From NCBI RefSeq assembly GCF_009914755.1, contig NC_060938.1: a DNA stretch of 64,000 nt. One strand, given 5' to 3'. Under the pieces are notes generated by a model. That model did no database searches and was not told the origin of the DNA. It saw nothing but the letters and a program-made list of their open reading frames with translations. A program made the position numbers and the translations under genes. Positions 54,291 through 64,000 of the stretch are shown piece by piece. Positions within the stretch are counted from its first letter, which is position 1. Every line of letters begins with the position of its first letter. Source of the stretch: the human T2T-CHM13v2.0 reference genome, Homo sapiens.

Positions 54291-56394
54291 CCCCCCCCCT
54301 CCCCCATTGCCTGGTTGGTGTGAATGTCACCTCATTATCACACACCAGCCAAACTTGCCAGGCAATGCCGTGACGGGAACCCTCCTAACATCCCTTGGCC
54401 CCCCACAAAGCCTCAAGTGCCATGAGGTGGCCTCCCCCAGCCCACCACAGCCCAGATGTTCCCCAGGATCTGCAGTGAGGAGCATGGAGGGTCCTGGTGC
54501 ACCCCATTATCACTGCACTGGTAAACAACAGCAGCAATGACATCAGTCTGCAAAACCAACACATGCATATTTCATCTATATAAACAGTGCATATAATATG
54601 ACATTTCTTTTCAAAACTCTCTAACTGCTCAGAAATTCAAATGAGAGCCTGTACCACCCTTGGACTGGAGACTAATGAGGGCATCATAAATATTTGATTA
54701 AAGCCAGGCCAAATTCTTGGGATTTTCACCTCACAAAATTTTCAGGAGCAACTGCTCGAAGATTTCTTGAATATCATAAGGACTTTGGGGAGACAGCAAA
54801 AGGCAGCTTCCTTCTCAAGAAATTTTCCAAATGCTTCTGCTGTTGCATAGATGGGTGGCTGATATTTCTCTTGAATATTGTTGGGCATGCAGATCCCTCT
54901 GAGCTTTAAAATCATCTCTTGCCTTGGCCTCTTGGTCAATGGGCTTGTGTTTGTCATTAAGAGGCAATGAGACGGGGAAAGAGTACGAATCAGACAACAT
55001 GGCTCGTAGGTTCACTAGCCCAATTTCTGGCTGTCAGCCTGGGAAGAGGGGTTGAGCATTCCTTGGCCCCAGTGTTTTCCTCTATAAATGATGAGAAAAT
55101 AAATGGTTGGCAAAGCAACAACAGCTTTTGCATACTAGAAATTGATAAAGAAAATGTAGTAGATTGGGAATACTAGTTAACATGCCAGGCTAAACAGCCT
55201 GATCACCTCAGGGAATTCTGTGTTGAAACTCTCCAGACAATACTATTGATCAGATTACAAAATGGAAAACCCCATTTGCAAAGTCATCTGTCTCAAAAGA
55301 TTTAATTATGTTTATAACTTTAGTCCTGTAGATCACACTTTTAATAGAAATGAAATAATGCAAACTATGGAGAAAATAATTATTTGGAATATTTTTTATT
55401 ACAGTATACTCTAAAATAGTAAAAGTCTCAGAAGCAATCTAAACAGCTAATAATAGGGTCAAATAAATTATGACATATCCCACAAGAGATTATTGTGTAG
55501 AAAAATAGTCATAAAGCAAAGTCTTTAATAGCAAGGTTACACACTTAACATAATGTTAAGTGAACATAGAATACAAAATCAAGTAAACAAAAGTTTAAGT
55601 GAAATAAAGAATTAAAAAATTTAAAAACATCGAACTCTCAATAAGCTAAAAGAAATTACCAAACTTTTATCTATTCCCTAAATAGGAGAGGGATTCCTAA
55701 GACTTAAAACAAAGAAAAAAATCACTGAAAAATTTAAAAATCAATTTTACTACATGAAAATATAAAATTCTGAAGTAAAATATGTCATAAAGAAAATTAA
55801 AGCAAACAGAATGACATCATTTTAACAACTATGCAAATATATCACTCTTCCTATTTAAAAAAACACAAACTGAGAATAGATATGTTGGATAAATGGGTGG
55901 AGAATATGGGCAGATAATTCAAACACACAAAAGAAAAAAATCATTTTTTAAAATAATTAAATCTACCAGTAAATAAAGAAAATATACCATGATATTTGTC
56001 AGCTGATAAAGAGATTTTGTTGTTGTTGTTGTTCTTGTTTAATACAACTGGTCAGTGTTTGGAGAGGGAAGATGAAGTAATTCTGACACATTCTGGTACA
56101 TTTTTGGAAGAAATGTAAAGAAAAATTTGTAAATAGCAATTTCTAAACATAAATCAGAAGCCTGAAGAATGTTCATATCTATACCTGGTAATTTCATTTG
56201 TAGGCATCTGCCCCAAATAAAGAACCTCTTATATGGATGAAACATTATACCTTAAGATTTATCACAGAATTATTTAAAGTCCAAAATGAGAAACAACACA
56301 GCATTACAAGAATGATTAAACAAGGAGGGAGAATGGTCCATTTTAAAAGTGTATCGTATAGGTGCTTCGATCTTTATTGTTTCTGAAACAACAT

Positions 56395-56697
56395 AAAATA
56401 AGGAGACTGAGAAAAAAACAAATTGTATCTTCCATAAAGCCAGGAAAGATGTTTTGAAAAGAAAACTGACCCAGCATACGTGAGGATGTTGAGACAGGAC
56501 AGCTACCATAGCATAGCCAGGAAACCACGTATTCTTCAAAAAATAAGGAGGCTGAGAAAAAAACAAATTGTATCTTCCATAAAGACAGGAAAGATGTTTT
56601 GAAAAGAAAACTGACCCAGCATACGTGAGGTTGCTGAGACAGGACAGCTACCATAGCATAGCCAGGAAACCATGTATTCTTCAAAAAATAAGGAGAC
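56395..56697 (+). repeat. Tandem duplication, 2 x 145 bp
   Basis: Units start at 56395 and 56540; 5 mismatches; aaaataaggag recurs at 56685. Confidence 0.97.
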
Positions 56698-58499
56698 GAT
56701 GGGACAGTCTCCACAGGCAACAGATCAACACTCAAATTTTTCCTCCCACCCTCAAGCTGACCTCAAGTTTACCTCCCTCTCCTGGCCTTTCTCTCACACA
56801 TATTCCAGCAGCATGTAGCCCATCCAGGAGGAATGACCCTATTTGAAAACAAGGGAAAACCAAAGAGAAATAACCAACAAGGCAATCCTCCAAAATCCTA
56901 GGTATGGAGTAAGAAAAACATGGCAAAAGAGAGTAGGCAATAAACATACTTCAGAAAAAATTGGGTATTCAGGAAGACAACAGTGGACCCTAGCATTGAC
57001 TCTTTAAAAGAAATTATGGCATTTATGAAATAAAAGATCAAAGCAGAAATATAAGAACCAAATTACAATAAAAGACAATGAAATAAAATTGAAAAAATGA
57101 ATTGGCAAAGATCAAGACAAAATAGAAGAGAAAAATAAAAGTAAAATTATCAAATAAGTAAAGGCCATTTTGGAAGCAGTAAATAAGAAATAGACTTTGC
57201 CACAGCAATGATTTCAGCATGTAGGACATGCTTGAGGAAACTGAGGAAAATAAAATAGAAAAAAAGTTACCAAAAGTTTAAACTTATAGAAAAGAAAATG
57301 ATGGATATAAAAATTGACAAAGGAGAACCAAGATATGTGAAATTGGTGACTGGATTAATGAGCAAAACAAATAGAACACTAAAATTACTTAAAGATGTGA
57401 AGTAAAGAAAATATTTTTGAAATAAAAATTTGAATCTACATATTGAAAGAACCAATTCCCAGATGAATTGAGGCAGATCCTTGAACAGAGAGGCACATTT
57501 TATACTTATTAAACCTCAAAAATACCAACAAAACTCTGTAGCTAGAAAGAAAAAGTCAATTCATCTACAAGAATAAAAACTAATAAGAATCCGCCTTTAA
57601 ACTTTTCCCTGAAAGATTCAGTGCTATAAAAGAATGGAACAGTGTCTTCAGAGTCCTCAGGAAAAGTGTGATGCAATAATTTTATACCTAGCCAAAATGT
57701 TCTTATAGAGCAAGGCAAAAGACAGTCATTTTTAAACATTAACAACTCAAGAAAGAGATTCCATGATCTCTTCTTAGAGAAATTATTAAAAGCTATGCTG
57801 TCACCAATCCAGGAATAAAGGAAGACGATATTGTAAAAGAATTAAAGATTGTTATTAATTTAACCTAAATAATTAATTTTTAAAAATATTACACAGCTGT
57901 GGGGAAATTTTGCTATTGAATACAGTGTATACTCTCAACCATGACATGTAAACTATCAAAAATTGGAAGGAAAAGAAAGAGGGGGACAGATATTATATGA
58001 ATGCCAAGCTCATCATCTTTTTTGGGGATGGTTGGACAATCAATATATATAATTTTAAAGCTAATAAATTCAGAAAAACATATAAATTATATTAAAAGTA
58101 TAAAGCATTCACTTGAAGAAATAAAATTATAGTACAACTAATCAAAACTAGTAGTACAGGAAGGAAGGGGGGACGATGGTGATTAGGGAGAGAAAATCAA
58201 GAACACCACAGTGTGTGTGTTTGAAAGGGGAAAGTCAATAAATTCTGCCTATAGAAGTAAAAATCCTGTGTGTTCTATACATTTATAGCTACAAACATAA
58301 CTACTAGAAGAAATGAAAACACACAATAGTCCTTCCAAATGATTACTAATAGAAGAAACACAACCATATACAGCCACACTCATGCATACACACTCCAAGG
58401 CAGGTACTAACCTTAAAATGTCAGATAACGATAAATTCAAGGCACAGAGTTTTAAAGAAGTTAATGTAAGGCAATTTTTCTTGAGTAAAGAAGCCACAA

Positions 58500-58767
<268 letters not shown>

Positions 58768-60614
58768 AAAGAAGCCACAATGAAGATGTGGCAGTTTTGA
58801 ATAAGTATGCAACAATTAAAACTGCAGCAAAATCAATCAACAAAGATATAAGAAGTGTAAGAAGAGACAGAAAAAATACCGTTAGGAGATTTTAAGGCAT
58901 CTCTCTCAGCCCATAAGAGTAGAAATTTAAATCAGATAAAGTAAAATAAAATGAAAGTAAGAATCTGCAATCATCTAAAATTAAAAATCTTTAAAAAACT
59001 AAAAAAAGTCAGTCAGGATACAGAAAAACTAAATAACGTAATATAATTTGTGGATATTTAATATACTATATATGAAGTGACAGAATTTATAGAATCGATT
59101 CGTATGCTTCTAAAACAGTCTGGGTTCAAAGCCACAACAACAGAAGCTATCTCTGGTTGATGAAGTACAACAAGGAGCTTGTTTGATAGTCAGGTCACAG
59201 AATTGCAAGCAGGTCTGAAGAACCACACTAGTGGACATGCTTACAGGAAAGATCCTCAAAATGATAATCATAAAGTGACCTGATAAAGAAATCTTCTTTC
59301 TTACCACTACAAATTCCACAAGCAGAAAAGCCCTTTCTGTCCCAGAAACTTTCTCTGCCTCACCTACTAGTCTCACATTCCTCCAATGGCTAACTTTTGC
59401 ATTTTAAAAAATTTCTTTGATTTAAGGAATGCTCACTTCCAAACATGTATTTTATGAGTGATGCTTGGCCCAGATGCCTGAGTTTCAGCTGCAAAATACA
59501 GAATATCTATATAACATAAATTACAATTATACAAACACCAACCAACAAGCTATTGTTAAAACTACCTTCAGAACAAAATGCCTTAAAATAATTTAATTTT
59601 TTTATATTGCAAGGATAAATTAATAAAACTATAGGAAACATTCAATTGAAGAGGTAAGAGAAAAGGTAAATGCAAGAAATCTAATAGAAGCTGAGGCAGA
59701 CAAAAGGAATGCAAATGATAAAAACAAAAAGTAATGAAATTGAAAATAGAAAATGATAGAAAGAATAAATACATTTAAGAGCTTAACAACCAATAATTTT
59801 TTTAAAAAACCTTAAATAAGATAGTCAAGAATACAAATCTTTCTTTGAAAGTATAAATAACTACATGAAAATATGAATATCAAAAAACCCAGAAAAATAA
59901 TAGAAATTAAAGACACATAAGAAAATAATTTGCTTAATGTTATGCAAATAAGCTTGAAATTCTTTACGAAATAGGTGGTTTTCTAAGAAATCATAAATAA
60001 ACAAGTTGATCTCAGATGGATAGACTTTCTGCATATAAATAGTTCCGTAAAAGAAATTGAAGACTTTTTTTAAAAAGCTGCTCCTCCCAAAATCCCTGGC
60101 TGAGATAGTTCTACCAATGAAATCCTCAAATTTTAAGGAATGCATTACTTCAATGTTCTTTGACTCTTTGGGAGCATAGAGAAAGAAGAGAAGCTTCTAA
60201 ATTCCTTTTGTGAAACCAGTCTACCATTGATTTTAAAACTGACAGAGAGGATAAAGTAAAACTACAGACGAATCTCACATATGAATATTGATGAAAAATC
60301 CTAAATAAAATATTAGCAAATAGACTCCAGCAGCACACTAAACTAGTTTGAAGATGGCAATCTGAGCTTCCCCCTCCCTGCACCCAATCCATAGAAATGA
60401 TAGTAAAGCTATTTTGAAAACAAACAAATAAATTCATGCACTCAAAAACACAATGAGGGAGCTCTCAGACTTCCAGAGCAGAGTGAGAAAGCAAATGGAG
60501 AGAAATGCTGCTTCACCAGGGTGACTTGGACATGTTCCTTCCTGGAACGCCACTCCAATGACAGTGAAGTAATGTTTTTAAAGGCATAAGCCCACAAGGA
60601 CAAAGAAGGCAGGC

Positions 60615-61170
60615 GTTGGGTTTATTACTGTGCAACTAAGCCTCCAAGTCTCAATGACTCAACACAAAAGAAGCAGATTTCTCAATCACAAAAAGTAGTG
60701 CTGGTGAAAGTGGGGGACTCAACTCCCAGACCTGCAGGGACCAAGTCTGTTGGGGGCTCAACAATCTCCGACATGTGACTCCCAAGGGGGCTCCGGGATG
60801 GGCATTCAGTGTGCAGATGAGGGAAGGGAGAAGGGAAAATGGCAAATAGGAAGTTGTGTGAGCCAGCTGTGGAAGTGATGTGCATCTTCCCTCCCTGCAG
60901 TCTACTGACCTCTACCCAGCTGCAGGGCTCTAAGTAGCTGCAAAGACTGCAGGAAAACAGAGTCTAGCCATGTGCTCTGGGAAAGGTGTGTGGAACACCT
61001 ACCTAGTCCCAGCATGCTCCACCTTTCTGTACAGCTAATACCCATTTCACTTGTCTTTGCATACATAAAATATACTCAACTACACTCCCAGGTAAACAAT
61101 CTCAAATCCAGTATACTCAATCTTTCGACAGTATGCTGAGACTTAGTCTTTCTACTCTTCAAGTTCAGAG
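60615..61170 (-). mobile_element. Old MLT1 (J/K-like) LTR plus adjacent internal remnant
   Basis: ccaagtctcaatgactcaacacaaaag; ggaagtgatgtgcatc; agtctagccatgtgctctgggaaagg. Confidence 0.55.
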
Positions 61171-61279
61171 ATGGGAAGCTGAGGAGAGCCAAGAAGCACG
61201 CTCGTTCATGCTGCAGAGGCCCCAGAAAGGTGGGGGAGACCCCCCTAAAACAATGACTCAGAGAGGGATAAGATCAGAG

Positions 61280-62600
61280 ATTTAAAAACTTCATTTAACA
61301 AGAGTGTACAGATTAAAATTTCAAGGCACATGAGGAAAGCTGACATCATAAAAGTTACCTAAATACAACTAAGGGAAGATGTATTTTCATAAGGAAATAG
61401 AAATAATTATGTAATTGGGAAAAGACTCTAAATATAAGAATAAAGTTCTCAAAGTGATAAGAATGAATAGCATACAGAAAGCTAGACAGAAGACTAAAAG
61501 AAAACAGACAGATTGATATGAACTGAGAGGTAGTAAGCAATTAGAAAACCCACAACTGTAAAATATAGAATTCTCATGGAAAACCCAATATTTAAATTGC
61601 ACACAGGACACAATCAAAAAGGGAATTTTTGAAAGAGAATATAAGGCTGAGGAATTAACCAGAATTCAGAGAGATGAAGAGATGGGAAAATTAAAATACT
61701 TAAAGGAAAGTTTGAGAAGTTCCAATATGTGTCCAACAGGAGTTCAAGATTGTGGTGGAGAGGAACGTTTAAAGAGACAGTAGCTGAATGTTTTCAAACA
61801 TTAAGAAATATATGAGTCCCGAGATAAAAGGTGTAAACTCAGTACAAAACAATATAAGTAAAAGTCCACATCTGAATGCATCACAGAGAAAGGGAAGAAT
61901 ATCATGGACAAAATTAATCTTAAAGGCAAACAGCAAAAACAAATGACCTTCAGAGGATAACATTTAGATTGACAGTGCCCTCAGTGGAAACAATAGATGT
62001 CAGAAAATTAAGGTAATTTGTTCATCACGGACAATTTTTGAAAAAAGACTGGTTACATTCTGGTATTTCCATGCATTGAAATAACACAGCTATTTTGAAA
62101 AGAATTCAGTAAATCTGAAAGTTCAATTCAGAATGATCTCCAATATTGAGGGGGAGAAAGCAGAATAACAGAAAAAATGCATAAAGTGTACCCAGATATA
62201 TATAGACAAATAAAAAAGAGCAAGATAGACATGGGTGATACAAGATGCATGCCCGGGTAGGCAGACACTCCTGCAAATTTAAACATCAACTTGTAAGAAA
62301 TGTCGCAACTGGTAGGTGAACAGGTTCAAGGCCAGAGGAAGAGAGATCTGTCTTTCAACGTATACTCTGTGTACTACCCAAACATTTAAAATATGTTTAT
62401 ACAATGCCTTTTGAAAAATAAATTTTAAAACATTGTGAAATTGCATCATAGGCCATCAGTGAAATGTAATGAGATAATATGGAGGGAATATAGACGATAT
62501 TTTATTCTCTTTGCACATTGCATTTAAATTTCCTACAAAGATTCAATAATGATTGTATAATCAGAGAAAATAAACTAAAATAGAAACAACTTTAATGCAA
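61280..62600 (+). mobile_element. Ancient L1ME ORF1-like and 3' remnants
   Basis: aaggcacatgaggaaagc; gaagttccaatatgtgtccaacaggagttc; aaaattaatcttaaaggca. Confidence 0.6.
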
Positions 62601-62659
62601 GTGGAAGCGTAATTTTTAGATAAGTAGCTTTTCATGTAAATATAGGAAACTAAGAGCTT

Positions 62660-62704
62660 CAGCCTCAAGAAGCATAAAATCGCAGCCTCAAGAAGCATAA
62701 AATC
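62660..62704 (+). repeat. Tandem duplication, 23-bp period
   Basis: cagcctcaagaagcataaaatc twice, separated by g. Confidence 0.95.
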
Positions 62705-63149
62705 TCAACCGACGCAGCCACGTGGAGACATGCTTGTGATAGAATGTTAAGTGGAAAGGAAGAGACACATTTAAAATGAGAAATACGTTCCATTTAGAAT
62801 TGCTTAGTCACAGTTGCCCCTCTGAGCAAGAAGTGGTTGTTGACATGGCAGCAAAATAGCGGGTCAATGTTGAGGACAAAAATGCATCAAATCCATCGTG
62901 TGGCTTTACACGTGAGTAAGAAGCTGCTGATGTTTGGTTTTGCTTTGTTTTTCTTTTATATAGATTCACAGAAATCCTTGTAGGAACGCTCATCATTTTC
63001 TTACACGAAAGAAATCTCAGAAAACCTTCCTGGCCATAGATGCTAAGGAGGGCAATGTTCAGATGCCTGAACAGCACCAGGCATGCAGTGAAGTCTCAAA
63101 CGCGATCTGCCTACAGAGGCTTCATCTGCCAGCTCCTTATACGGAGCGT

Positions 63150-64000
<851 letters not shown>

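Noticed and set aside
56270-56735. ORFs with a repeated peptide (PYFLKNTWFPGYAMVAVLSQ)
   Set aside because: By-product of the 145-bp tandem DNA duplication

Overview
Human (primate) genomic DNA: low in CpG and rich in transposon remnants. A human-specific-type AluYb8 at 58500-58767 points to Homo sapiens. The only supportable spliced reading frame is a two-exon, 125-aa ORF on the + strand (9833-10031 joined to 10737-10915). From memory it matches the putative protein C14orf177 (later reclassified as lncRNA LINC02914), which would place the window in the 14q32.2 gene desert between VRK1 and BCL11B; that identification needs a BLAT/BLAST check. The rest is intergenic. It holds about 15 Alus, old L1/L2/MIR/CR1 fragments, MaLR LTRs (THE1B, MLT1), DNA-transposon fossils (MADE1, MER58, MER20, MER47, MER119), microsatellites and several repeat-free blocks dense in transcription-factor motifs that look like candidate enhancers. 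The least expected structures are two pairs of short (about 130-165 bp) non-tandem direct duplications 1.7-2.7 kb apart, plus microhomology-bounded tandem duplications (75 and 145 bp). I found no convincing new multi-gene system. Repeat family names come from remembered consensus sequences, and boundaries of old repeats are approximate.
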